Shown: piece by piece, positions 55,043 to 64,000 of the stretch
How positions within the stretch are numbered: position 1 is the first letter of the stretch
Layout: every line of letters begins with the position of its first letter
Source of the DNA: Microthrixaceae bacterium
GTDB lineage: Bacteria; Actinomycetota; Acidimicrobiia; Acidimicrobiales; Microtrichaceae
DNA: 64,000 bases
Direction: 5' to 3'
Assembly: GCA_019694615.1 (NCBI GenBank)
Contig: JAIBBP010000264.1
Coordinates: 958 to 64,957, forward strand
The notes under the pieces: generated by a model
The model's input: only the letters and a program-made list of their open reading frames with translations
Databases searched by the model: none
Told to the model about the DNA's origin: nothing
Made by a program: the position numbers and the translations under genes

Positions 55043-57425
55043 CGCGGTATCCGACGAGTTGGGCCGGAAATTCTGGGTATTCCGGAGGCTCCGATTCGGG
55101 TTCATGGGCCTTGGCGTCGGCGCCCTGTCGTTGTCGCCATGCTGTCTCGGTTCTCGCTTCACTTACGAACAACGCGGCAAGTTCGAGGCTCCCGTCGCGG
55201 AGTGCCGGCCACGCTCCCATGGCCAGATAGCCCTCAAGCGCATTGCCCTCGTCTCCGGCTACCCGTCGAAGCCCCTGGAAGACACGACGGAGTTCAGCGG
55301 CCATGTCACTGCTCGCGAGCATCCGGACGAGCGGAAGAGTGCTGTCACCACCAGAGTGGAACATCATTCGCCGGTCACGCCGACGTTGTTTCCTGTCGCC
55401 AGCGTCGTCTTCGGCGCCGACCCATCTCAGCCATGCGCTGGTTGCCTCCTTCAGCGCGGTTCGCCGGAACTCACCGTCTGCCTCGTCAGCGACCTCGAGC
55501 AGGCCGCGGATGCCGCCGGGCTCAGGCCCGCCCAGCAGGCTGGGCCCCGGTTGTTCGACGGCAGCTCGGGCGGCTACCAAGGCCTGGTCGAGCAGGACTT
55601 CGCGTCTGCGTGCATCGCCGTAGCGGCTCGCGACCGCTAGAACCTTGGCCCTCACGTGAAGGTCGGCGACAGCAGGCGCGGATTGCTCGATGCCGGCCAG
55701 CGCTCGTTCGAGCGCGTCGCCATCCAAGACGGGGAGGAGCTCGGCTATCGGCATGGCTCGGCCGTCGATGTCGGCGGTCAGCAATTCGTTCAGGAGCCTT
55801 CGGCGATCCGCCGGCGAGTTGTCAACGCTCGATCGTGCCCGGGAGCAGAATTCGTACCACCACGGGTCGTCGCCGGAAGACCACTCCGACCACCGACGCG
55901 TGCCCTCATGGTGCCAGACCGGCTTCGGCCGGCGAACGACCTCTTCGAGATGCGCCCTGACGGGTCCCTCGTACACGGCGATCGGATCGAGCCTGAGCAG
56001 GTAGTGCGCCTCTCCAGCTGTCGCCCAAGCGTCCCGCTCGGGCTCGTCTGTCTCCAGCCATTCCTGCGCGATGTCCCGAAGGACCGATCGAGGTGCCCCC
56101 GAACGAACCGCTTCCTCGACAGCGCTACGCAGACCGGAGTCTGGCGGGTCAATGTCGCGAGACCGGACCGGTTCCTCCAGGAGGAGACTTGGGGCGTAGT
56201 CGACAAGACGACGGAGTCCCCACCGTCCCCGAGACTCCATGGCGCCGATGACGTCGAGGAGTCGCCGTCGCACTGTGACGCGTAGGTCATCCGGGCAGCC
56301 TGGGTGCTGATAGAGCACGGCAAGGCCCTCGGCATGCGAGTCCCAGCAGGCCGCCGCTGCAGCGCGCCACAACGGCTCTGGCGTTGCATCGGTAAGAATG
56401 TCCTCGAGCCAGTTCGCCTGAACCCAACCCGCACGTCGATAGACCTCCAGTACCGCGAGCGTTCCCAGCTCCGTGCTCGCAGGGCGCCAGACTTCGACCG
56501 TTTCACGGCCACGTTGATCCTCGGCGAGATCGAGCGCCACGACGACCGGGTGAGCGAACCGCACACCCGACACAGGGTTGGTGATCACGACGCTCTCGAA
56601 GTTCGACTCAACACGGACGGCGACTTGACTGCTATCGGGGTCGAGAGCGCCCGCCTTGCGGGATTTGGAAAGCCGCCGGAGCAAGGCCTCGGACCCGACA
56701 ATCAGGTTGATCGGTCCACCCGCACCAAGGAGGACCGGCGCACCCAGTGCCTCAGCAGCGCCATTGCCCGTTGCCACGGCAACGCCGTCGAGTCTCAGAT
56801 CCTCCAGCGCGTCATCGACCTGCATCCACTCGCCAGGCCACGCATCCGCGAGAGCCCAGAACAGCTCGGGAAGGAGAGGCTTCCCATCGGCCCGAAGCAG
56901 TCCATCCTCCTCGAGACCAGCGAGAATCGTGGAGACATACCCTGCTGAGCGGTCGACGCTTCGGGCCAGAGCGCGAGGCGAACCCGACTCATCTGGCCTC
57001 AAGAGGAGGCCGAGTACCACGTCGCGCACGGCAGGAGTGAACGAGCGTGGCGCGCGCCTGTCGGGCAAGCCGTAGCCCGGATTGAACGAGACATCCAGTC
57101 TCAGTCGCTCGGTCCAGATCCGTACGCTTCCGCGCCGATCCAGCCAACCGATCCCGAGCGAACGGAGCGCAGCGCGTGCCGCGTCGCTGAGGCGATCAGA
57201 AACGACGACCGCTATCTCCCCTTTGTCGACTGGATCGAGTGCTGCCAGCTCTGCGGGGGTCGGGTGCGCTCGGTTCACCAACCTCACATCGATGGATTCC
57301 CCGTCCACCACGAGACGCCGCGGACCAAGGACCGTCGTAGGGATGCCTGACTCTGTCAGGGCGTCAGCCAGCTCCTCGAGCGAGGCGTTTGGCGATTGGG
57401 ACGGCACAGACACTGATGGTACCAC
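55029..57425 (-). CDS. 798-aa protein with an internal AbiEi-like antitoxin region and a long helical C-terminal extension
   Basis: wHTH-like SPRALARSVDRSAGYVSTILAGLEEDGLL followed by ...FAHPVVVALDLAEDQRGRE, resembling AbiEi. About 470 further residues have no recognisable motif. Confidence 0.5.
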   Translation of the reverse strand: MVPSVSVPSQSPNASLEELADALTESGIPTTVLGPRRLVVDGESIDVRLVNRAHPTPAELAALDPVDKGEIAVVVSDRLSDAARAALRSLGIGWLDRRGSVRIWTERLRLDVSFNPGYGLPDRRAPRSFTPAVRDVVLGLLLRPDESGSPRALARSVDRSAGYVSTILAGLEEDGLLRADGKPLLPELFWALADAWPGEWMQVDDALEDLRLDGVAVATGNGAAEALGAPVLLGAGGPINLIVGSEALLRRLSKSRKAGALDPDSSQVAVRVESNFESVVITNPVSGVRFAHPVVVALDLAEDQRGRETVEVWRPASTELGTLAVLEVYRRAGWVQANWLEDILTDATPEPLWRAAAAACWDSHAEGLAVLYQHPGCPDDLRVTVRRRLLDVIGAMESRGRWGLRRLVDYAPSLLLEEPVRSRDIDPPDSGLRSAVEEAVRSGAPRSVLRDIAQEWLETDEPERDAWATAGEAHYLLRLDPIAVYEGPVRAHLEEVVRRPKPVWHHEGTRRWSEWSSGDDPWWYEFCSRARSSVDNSPADRRRLLNELLTADIDGRAMPIAELLPVLDGDALERALAGIEQSAPAVADLHVRAKVLAVASRYGDARRREVLLDQALVAARAAVEQPGPSLLGGPEPGGIRGLLEVADEADGEFRRTALKEATSAWLRWVGAEDDAGDRKQRRRDRRMMFHSGGDSTLPLVRMLASSDMAAELRRVFQGLRRVAGDEGNALEGYLAMGAWPALRDGSLELAALFVSEARTETAWRQRQGADAKAHEPESEPPEYPEFPAQLVGYRDVWR

Positions 57426-57484
57426 CGTTTGGCGTTTGTGACGGCACCCAACACCACCGACAGCCCCTCGAACCGCGACTCACC

Positions 57485-58192
57485 TCAACCGTCCACGACC
57501 CACGTGTGCCAGTCGACCCCGTGGCCGGTAACTACGGGACGCTCCGCGAGAGTGGGGTCGCCTGCGTCGATCCGGGCCAGCGCTTCGTCGATCCATCCTT
57601 TGCTCAGCGCCGGGTCGATGGCCTGGTAGGCGTCGTCGGACATGACGTGCACGACGGCGTTCACGACGTAGGTCTGGGATCGGAACCCGCGGCGGCGCAG
57701 GTGCTTGCGGGTGGACCGCCGCACCGACTCGAGGTGCTCGCCTGGGACGCCGGTGATGTGGGCGGAGCCGAACGTCTCGACGGTGTCGGCAACGACCGAG
57801 GCCAGCAGCTCGACACCGCGAGGCGCTTCGGTCGTGGGGAACCAGGCATCGACAAGTCGTAGGCACGATCGGCAGGTCGGTGCCAAGGCGACCTCTTGCC
57901 AGCGCCGGAACGTCCCGCCCTCACCGGCAGTCATCTCCCACCAGGCCCGGCCGCACAACGTCGACGGCGCCCACCGCCGAGCGAGCAGTGCTCCTTGGTC
58001 GTACCCGGCGGCAACAGCTCTGCTCGCCGAGTCGGTGCGACCTTCGGCGAGGGCAGCCCGCGCGGTCGGCTGGTCGTCGGTGGCGGCGAGGTGCGTCTCC
58101 GCGCCGCCACCGACATCGACCAGCAACAGTTCACGGCCGAGCACCGAGACCGAGTTCACGCCCACGTCGGGCATCACAACCTCCTCGGCCAC
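57485..58192 (-). CDS. hypothetical protein (235 aa)
   Basis: Clean ORF with possible Cys cluster (C-x30-C-x2-C). Same strand as its neighbours. Confidence 0.45.
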   Translation of the reverse strand: MAEEVVMPDVGVNSVSVLGRELLLVDVGGGAETHLAATDDQPTARAALAEGRTDSASRAVAAGYDQGALLARRWAPSTLCGRAWWEMTAGEGGTFRRWQEVALAPTCRSCLRLVDAWFPTTEAPRGVELLASVVADTVETFGSAHITGVPGEHLESVRRSTRKHLRRRGFRSQTYVVNAVVHVMSDDAYQAIDPALSKGWIDEALARIDAGDPTLAERPVVTGHGVDWHTWVVDG

Positions 58193-58252
58193 ATCGTGTC
58201 ACTCAGACCACCGCGACGCCCGGAGGCCGCCAGCGGATCACCGGTCGTCAGG

Positions 58253-58642
58253 TCACCTCGGGGCCAAGCGGGAGACGGCCCCCTGCGCACAGGCCAGACG
58301 GTCACCCGCCCGCTCTACCGTGGCCTGGGCCTCGCGAAGCGACCCGGCTGCAAGGGCAACCAATTCGTCTGGGGCCGTCTCGGTGGCGGCGTCGCAGCGG
58401 TAGCCGTCGCCTTCTGGGTGTTCGAGGTGCTGCGCCAGTTGGCCGAGAGCCTGGGGGAGGCGCTCGGCCAGGAGACGGAGTTCGGTGAGCACCCCATAGA
58501 GGTCAGCCACGTCCTCCCAGCCCGGCGTTCCCGGAGACGGTCGGCTGAGCGTGAGGTGGTTGAGCGTCCGAACCGCGTCGGCGGCGTGCTCCGCAGCGAG
58601 GTCCGGACCCCGCCCATCCTCCCCGCACAGGGCGGCGGTCAC
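58253..58642 (-). CDS. hypothetical helical protein (129 aa)
   Basis: The GTG start overlaps the integrase stop (GTGA). Confidence 0.4.
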   Translation of the reverse strand: MTAALCGEDGRGPDLAAEHAADAVRTLNHLTLSRPSPGTPGWEDVADLYGVLTELRLLAERLPQALGQLAQHLEHPEGDGYRCDAATETAPDELVALAAGSLREAQATVERAGDRLACAQGAVSRLAPR

Positions 58643-59868
58643 TGGTCCTCCTCGGGCGAGTCGCTCTCGTCGGTCTCGTCGGAGTCCGAGGTCGCCTCCG
58701 AGCGGGCATTGCGGATCAGGAGGGAGAAGGTGTCCGCGGCTGCGGCCTGCATGCCGGGCAGGACGTGCTGGTACACGTTCATCGTGAAAGCGACGTTGGC
58801 GTGCCCGAGCCGCTCGCTGACCACCTTCACGTGCACACCAGCCTTCAGCAACAGGGTGGCATGGGTGTGGCGGAGATCGTGCAGCGAGATCACCGGGACC
58901 TTGATCCTGGCGACCGTGCGGTCGAAGAGCTGGCTGAACGTGTCCGGGTGCAACCACGACCCGTCGTCCTTGGTGAACACCAGATCATCCGCCGCCGGTT
59001 CGGTGCCCTCGCGTTCCTCGGTGCGAGTCTTGAACCAGTCCCGCAGCACCCCGACGACATCGGCGTCGATGTCGATCGTGCGACGGCTCGTCCCCGTCTT
59101 CACGTCCGAGATCGACACCTCGTACGCGACCGACACCAACGCCTGTCGGACCGCGACACGGTTGGCATCCAGGTCGAGATCACGCCACCGCAACCCGAGC
59201 ACTTCGCCCCGGCGCATCCCGGTGTGAGCAGCAAGGAAGAACGCCGGCGACAGCCGGTGCGGGGCGATCGCGCCGAGGAACGTGACGAGCTGATCGATGT
59301 CCCACGCCTTGATCTCGTTGCGCTTGCGGGCCTGCAACGACGGGGGATCAGCCAACGCGACGACGTTGCGGACGACAGTGCCCTTGCGGGCGGCGTCGCT
59401 GAGTGCCTTGTTCAGCATCACGTGGATGTTGTGCACGGTCTTGGGTGCCAGGCCCTTGGCGTCGACCTTCTCGCCAGGGCTCTTCTTCTTGCGTCCCTCC
59501 TTCAGCAGCGACGCGTAGAACAGGTCGATGTCCTCCGCCGTCAGTCGGTCGAGGAGTCGCTCCCCCAGGGCCGGGATGACGTGCAGGTCGATGTTGCGCC
59601 TGTAGGAGTCGTACGTGCTCGCCCGCAGCCGGCTCTCCTGGACGGGCAGCCACCGCGTCGTCAGGTACTGGCCCAGCGTCAGCTTCTCGCTCACCACCGT
59701 CTCGCCACGGTGGCTCCGCTTGGTCAGCTCGGTCACGAGCTTGTCGGCGTCGTCGCGCCGGTTGCCAGCGGCGACCCAGCGCCGCTTCTCCTTGCCCGTC
59801 GCCGGGTCGATGCCGTCGTAGATGACGACGTAGTACTTCTTGCCCTTCTTGGTCACGTAGCCGCGCAT
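58639..59868 (-). CDS. int: tyrosine site-specific integrase (int-2, ICE integrase)
   Basis: MRRGEVLGLRWRD, HDLRHTHAT, LGHANVAFTMNVYQHV. The N-terminal KKYYVVIYDGIDPATGKEKRRW block is shared with int-1. Confidence 0.9.
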   Translation of the reverse strand: MRGYVTKKGKKYYVVIYDGIDPATGKEKRRWVAAGNRRDDADKLVTELTKRSHRGETVVSEKLTLGQYLTTRWLPVQESRLRASTYDSYRRNIDLHVIPALGERLLDRLTAEDIDLFYASLLKEGRKKKSPGEKVDAKGLAPKTVHNIHVMLNKALSDAARKGTVVRNVVALADPPSLQARKRNEIKAWDIDQLVTFLGAIAPHRLSPAFFLAAHTGMRRGEVLGLRWRDLDLDANRVAVRQALVSVAYEVSISDVKTGTSRRTIDIDADVVGVLRDWFKTRTEEREGTEPAADDLVFTKDDGSWLHPDTFSQLFDRTVARIKVPVISLHDLRHTHATLLLKAGVHVKVVSERLGHANVAFTMNVYQHVLPGMQAAAADTFSLLIRNARSEATSDSDETDESDSPEEDQ

Positions 59869-60262
59869 GATGCGGGTCCCTTCGAATCACAGGTTCAGAA
59901 GGGACGCCGACGCAGCCACGAAGGCCGGACCCGGGGCGTCAACGGGAGGACCGGCGCTGCGACGACCACTCTAACCCCACCGAATCCCGAAGGTCGATCG
60001 CCCCATCCACCTAAGACCACTGAGATCCGGCGCGACACCACCACCAGCGTGAGGCACCTCTGACTGGCCGCCGTAGACGCGGCGGAGAGCGTGTACGAGC
60101 TGAAGGCTTCGGAAGCACGTTCGCGCTCCGCGCCAACCTGCGCTCGAAGCGTCTGGTTCCCCCACGCACCGCCAGAGGTGCGAAGATCAACCCGACGAGC
60201 GCAGGCGCGTACAGGAACTCGCCCGTCAAGGTGCCGGGCGTCGAGGTGAGAGGAGGGACCCG

Positions 60263-61186
60263 ATGACCAAGGAGATGACGGTCGTCGCCTCGCGCCGCTA
60301 CGGCACCCTATCCCCGCTGCGCTACCCCGGAGGGAAGGCCTCGCTGGCTGGGTTCTTCGCCGACATCATCGAGCACATCGGCATACGCGGTGCCCGCTAC
60401 GTCGAACCCTACGCAGGAGGAGCTGGCGCCGGTATCGCCCTCCTGCGACAGGGACTCGTCGACCACCTCGTGATCAATGACATCGATCCAGCTGTCTACG
60501 CGTTCTGGACCTCTGCCGTGCACGACAACCGACGCTTCATCCGCCTCGTCGACAAGACACCGCTCACGATCGAGGAGTGGCGACGTCAGCGAGCGATCTA
60601 CCAAGCCGGCGACACAAGCGACCTGCTCCGGCTTGGGCTTGCGTTCTTCTACCTGAACCGGACCAACCGATCCGGCATCCTGAACGCCGGGGTCATCGGC
60701 GGCCAGGCGCAGAAGGGCAAGTACCTCATCGACGCACGGTTCAATCGGGCGACGCTCACCGAACGCCTAACTGCCCTCGGCGACCTCGCCGACCAGATCA
60801 CCGTCTCTGACCTAGACGGTCGCAGCGTCATCCAAACCTACGCAGACGATCCCTCGACGTTCATGTACATCGACCCGCCCTACGTACACGCTGGCTCTCA
60901 GCTTTACCTCAACGCCTTCGACGGACGCGACCATCAAGCCCTCGCCGCCGTCGTGACCGCTGTATCCAAAGCGCACTGGCTCGTGACCTACGACACCGCA
61001 CCGCTCATCGAACGAACCTACAAAGGCCAGTTCCAGTGCAAGCTCGCCATCAGCTACTCGGCTCGTCATCCCGGCAAGGCGGAGGAACTCCTCATCGGGT
61101 CTCCCGCCGTCGCCACCGCGATCAAGGAACAGATGAAGCGCCGGAAGCAGGGGCCTGCCGCAGCAGGTGCCGCAGCAACGGGTTGA
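60263..61186 (+). CDS. D12-class (Dam-family) N6-adenine DNA methyltransferase
   Basis: LRYPGGK, EPYAGGAG, FYLNRTNRSG, catalytic DPPY (YIDPPYV). Confidence 0.9.
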   Translation: MTKEMTVVASRRYGTLSPLRYPGGKASLAGFFADIIEHIGIRGARYVEPYAGGAGAGIALLRQGLVDHLVINDIDPAVYAFWTSAVHDNRRFIRLVDKTPLTIEEWRRQRAIYQAGDTSDLLRLGLAFFYLNRTNRSGILNAGVIGGQAQKGKYLIDARFNRATLTERLTALGDLADQITVSDLDGRSVIQTYADDPSTFMYIDPPYVHAGSQLYLNAFDGRDHQALAAVVTAVSKAHWLVTYDTAPLIERTYKGQFQCKLAISYSARHPGKAEELLIGSPAVATAIKEQMKRRKQGPAAAGAAATG

Positions 61187-62744
61187 TCAGGTCCCACGCC
61201 GCCCGCACCTCGGACTCTGATGGGGCAGCGTCGCCATCGTGCACGATCCCGTTGAACCAGGTGATCGAACCCGGCTGACTTGCACCACCTGAATCAACCT
61301 TGCCGATCGCCGACTTGAGTGCCTTGTCCCCGGAGTAGTCGGCCTTCACACGAGCAAACACCTGCTTCAGCTCCCCATGGGCGCGGGTTCCTGATGCCTC
61401 GTAGTGCCACTTGATAGTCGACTCCAACACTGACCGCATCACCATGGCTGCTGCGATCGGGACCACTCGCACCTCCAGCTTCCGCAGCTCCTGATATCGA
61501 CGGTTGAGGTTCACGTGTGTGTCGCCGTACGAAAGTCCCGAGAGGTCGAGCGTGGGCTTCGTGTCGGGGTGGTTCGGGCCACGTTCGCCAGACCCGGTCC
61601 CACCGGATCCGCTCCCACCCTCGGAGCCATCACCGTTTCCACGGCCGGATGACCCGGCCCCGCTGTCACCGCCACCGGAGCCACCCTGGGCGCCGGCCGA
61701 CCCACTAGTGCCGGCGCTCCCGTCGCCATCGCCGTCTTTCGGATCGGGGTCTGAGGATCGCCCTTCCAGCCGAGCGATCAGCGAAGCCTGTTCGGATGCA
61801 CCACGCTTGAACTCAGGCGAGCGGGTGTTCAAGCGCTCCGCACGGAACTCGCTCACAAGGTGCTCGAGCGCGACTAGCTGGTCACCTCCGAGCGCCTTGC
61901 CGATCCGCTCCGGAGTCTTTGTCCGCGGTTCGATCAGCCCGTCACGATCGAACGACAGGCCGATCGCTGCAGCGATCTCCTTCACCTTGTAGGCGTACTC
62001 GAACGCTGACATCTTGAGCTCGCCGTCGACCCCGCCGCCCTGACCGCTCACCCACGACCGCAAGCTGCGGTCGGTGAACTTGGCATTCGCCACGAACCGG
62101 CGCACGGCCGCCATCTTCAGCAGACGCGTCACGTTCACGTCCGGGTAGTGCGCCCGAACATCCTCAGGCGTCGTGGACGCATCGAGTAACGAGTAGTAGA
62201 AGGTCGCCTGCTGGTCGAGCGACCATGCCTTCTTCGAACGACCGGTGTGCAGTCGGGCGATTCGAGGTGCCACCTGGCTGCGGCTCTCGGCGACCATCAC
62301 CCGGATGCGAGCCGGCAACTGTTCGGCCTCCACTGCGAATCGCTTCAGCAGGCCCCGCATGTCGGCGTCGTGCCCAGGGATCACTGTGGGGTCCAGTAGC
62401 GCCTTCAGGGCGCTGACCCGCCGGTTCCCTTCCAACACCACATACCCGCCGGGGTCATCAGCGACCACGACCGGTACCTCGTTGTCGAAGTATCCGTCTC
62501 GAACGATCATGCGCGCCGCGCCGAGCACATCCTCGGACGCGAACAGGTACTTCAGCGCCGCCTCCTCATCGTCGCGGCGAGTCGGGATCCGGTAGTTGTC
62601 GAGGTCCAACCGAAGATCATCGACGTCGACCTCAACGATCGGCAACGGCTCGTACCCCACCCAACACCCCTTCGTCCCGAGGCCACCCACCCGGGCAGAA
62701 CGGGGACCGACAGCCCCGCCACCGTAGCGAGCAGTGGGATCCAC
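61122..62744 (-). CDS. ParB N-terminal (ParB/Srx-fold) domain protein with G/S/D-rich linker and unknown C-terminal domain
   Basis: YVVLEGNRRVSALKAL is the ParB-box GxxR motif. Low-complexity linker at about 61560-61740. The 3' end overlaps the methylase 3' end by 65 nt (convergent). The true start is probably internal. Confidence 0.65.
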   Translation of the reverse strand: MDPTARYGGGAVGPRSARVGGLGTKGCWVGYEPLPIVEVDVDDLRLDLDNYRIPTRRDDEEAALKYLFASEDVLGAARMIVRDGYFDNEVPVVVADDPGGYVVLEGNRRVSALKALLDPTVIPGHDADMRGLLKRFAVEAEQLPARIRVMVAESRSQVAPRIARLHTGRSKKAWSLDQQATFYYSLLDASTTPEDVRAHYPDVNVTRLLKMAAVRRFVANAKFTDRSLRSWVSGQGGGVDGELKMSAFEYAYKVKEIAAAIGLSFDRDGLIEPRTKTPERIGKALGGDQLVALEHLVSEFRAERLNTRSPEFKRGASEQASLIARLEGRSSDPDPKDGDGDGSAGTSGSAGAQGGSGGGDSGAGSSGRGNGDGSEGGSGSGGTGSGERGPNHPDTKPTLDLSGLSYGDTHVNLNRRYQELRKLEVRVVPIAAAMVMRSVLESTIKWHYEASGTRAHGELKQVFARVKADYSGDKALKSAIGKVDSGGASQPGSITWFNGIVHDGDAAPSESEVRAAWDLINPLLRHLLRQAPASGASSVP

Positions 62745-62938
62745 CGCCGAACGACTTCATGCGTTGGGCTCCGCGCGAGCGGTCACGCCGTCCAACTCAT
62801 TCCGGGTGTCCTTGCCATGAGCCTCAAGAGCCTTCGGGACCACGAACCCGAAGGTCACCTCAGACCATGCCCACCGAAGCGCCTCGTGCCCGCTCGACCG
62901 GCTCTGTGGCGACCCGGCGTCGGCTGTCCCAGACGACT

Positions 62939-62958
62939 CGGTAGAAAACCCGGTAGAA
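62939..62958 (+). promoter_or_regulatory. arm-type repeats (CGGTAGAA x2, 12 bp apart) at the ICE right end
   Basis: Copies at 62939-62946 and 62951-62958, followed by a hairpin at 62979-63011 and then the att core. Same layout as next to int-1. Confidence 0.45.
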
Positions 62959-63025
62959 GAATCGCCGAAAACGTGGGAACGGCCCTCTCCGAATCTCTCG
63001 GAAAGGGCCGTCCACCAGGGTTTTC

Positions 63026-63104
<79 letters not shown>

Positions 63105-63174
63105 GCGGAGAGGCCACCATATCGCGGGCCCCACAAGCCCTTCCAGTCAGTATCGCTCAGTAGCCTCGATCGCC

Positions 63175-64000
63175 ATGACGATGCCTACACCGTCCGACGC
63201 CGAGGCGGTGCTCGACCTCCTCTCCCCGGGCACCAACGTCGTGGTGCCGCTCGCCAACGGCGAGCCCGTGTCCGTCCTCAACGCCATCGACTCTGCTGCT
63301 GACCGCCTCGTCGGAATCCGTGTCCACCAGATGCACGCGCTCCACGACCATCCGTACCTCCACCACACCGACCGGGGCCGGCTCGATCACGTCTCCTACT
63401 TCCTCTCCGACACCACCCGCGAGCCGTTCCGTCGCGGAACCGTCGACCTCGTGCCCACCCATTTCAGCGAGATGCCGCTCCTCCTCCGACAACTCGAGGG
63501 TCCGCTGGTCGTGACCGCAAGCGTCTCGCCGCCTGACCATCACGGCTACTTCACCCTCGGCACCAACGCCGACTACGCCGCGAGCCTGATCGGCACGGTG
63601 CCGTTCTTCGTCGAGGTCAACGCACGAATGCCCCGTACCAACGGTCGGAATCAGATCCACGTGAGTCAGGTGGCCGGATGGTGCGAGGCCGACTACCCGC
63701 TGGTCGAAGTGCCGGTTCCCGATCCCACCGATGTCGAGCGGCACATCGGAGAACTCGTCGCCGAACGCATCGACAACCGGTCGACGATCCAGGCCGGGAT
63801 CGGCGCTGTGCCTACGGCTGTGCTCGAGTTCCTCGGCGGCCACACCGATCTCGGCATCCACACTGAGGTCATGTCCGACCCGATGATCGATCTCATCGAG
63901 TCAGGGGTGGTCACTGGCGTTCACAAGGTGCGTGTGGCGTCCAAGGCAGTCGCGACCTTCGCGCTCGGGACACGCCGGCTCTACGACTTCCTGGACGAGC
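63175..64000 (+). CDS. acetyl-CoA hydrolase/transferase family protein (4-hydroxybutyrate CoA-transferase-like), 3'-truncated by the window
   Basis: Open frame from the ATG at 63175 to the window end (absent from the ORF track because it has no stop). Family-typical blocks VVVPLANGEP, GYFTLGTNADY, IQAGIGAVP, HTEVMSD. Confidence 0.7.
   Translation, partial: MTMPTPSDAEAVLDLLSPGTNVVVPLANGEPVSVLNAIDSAADRLVGIRVHQMHALHDHPYLHHTDRGRLDHVSYFLSDTTREPFRRGTVDLVPTHFSEMPLLLRQLEGPLVVTASVSPPDHHGYFTLGTNADYAASLIGTVPFFVEVNARMPRTNGRNQIHVSQVAGWCEADYPLVEVPVPDPTDVERHIGELVAERIDNRSTIQAGIGAVPTAVLEFLGGHTDLGIHTEVMSDPMIDLIESGVVTGVHKVRVASKAVATFALGTRRLYDFLDE

Noticed and set aside
18424-63025. Possibility that the element is a prophage rather than an ICE.
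   Set aside because: No terminase, portal, capsid, tail or lysis-cassette signatures are seen. Instead there are a relaxase, a coupling protein, a VirB4-like ATPase and pilus genes.
63157-63861. 234-aa minus-strand ORF next to the tRNA.
   Set aside because: It is antisense to a much better plus-strand frame (the CoA-transferase from 63175, open to the window end). Its translation is Asp/Val/Gly/Arg-rich mirror-frame noise typical of high-GC DNA.

Overview
High-GC (Actinomycetota-like) DNA in which nearly every gene shows G/C-ending codons. The main feature is a ~53.4-kb integrative conjugative element (ICE, ~9590-63025). It is inserted in an initiator-type tRNA-Met(CAT) gene (63028-63104, minus strand) and bounded by a perfect 59-bp direct repeat (9531-9589 and 63026-63084).

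From left to right the ICE carries:
- a TetR-controlled oxidative and hydrolytic cargo (two SDRs, an FMO, a Baeyer-Villiger monooxygenase, hydrolases);
- a giant N6-methylase/SNF2 helicase;
- a VirD4-like coupling protein;
- a three-gene islet with a Shedu-like (DUF4263-like) protein;
- a primase plus a monoderm T4SS module (VirB4-like ATPase, polytopic membrane proteins, glucosaminidase/M23 wall hydrolase);
- an FRG-domain gene;
- a full Tad/Flp pilus operon preceded by a sigma-like gene;
- a 12-bp-phased iteron region, a hairpin oriT candidate and a MOBF (TrwC/TraA-like) relaxase-helicase;
- an excisionase-like HTH protein and an AbiE-like module with a 798-aa partner;
- a tyrosine integrase, a Dam-family methylase and a ParB-N-domain protein.

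Left of the ICE are a P450/ferredoxin, diiron, F420-LLM and hydrolase gene set and a second, homologous integrase with its own arm-type repeats, which suggests tandem islands at one tRNA. The right flank is a CoA-transferase gene.

The most interesting points are the Tad pilus embedded in the conjugation backbone, the iterons that also encode a proline-rich relaxase linker, and a GGGGCCTAC-N6-ATG motif in front of the transfer operons.

All calls come from reading motifs by eye. No database or HMM search was possible.
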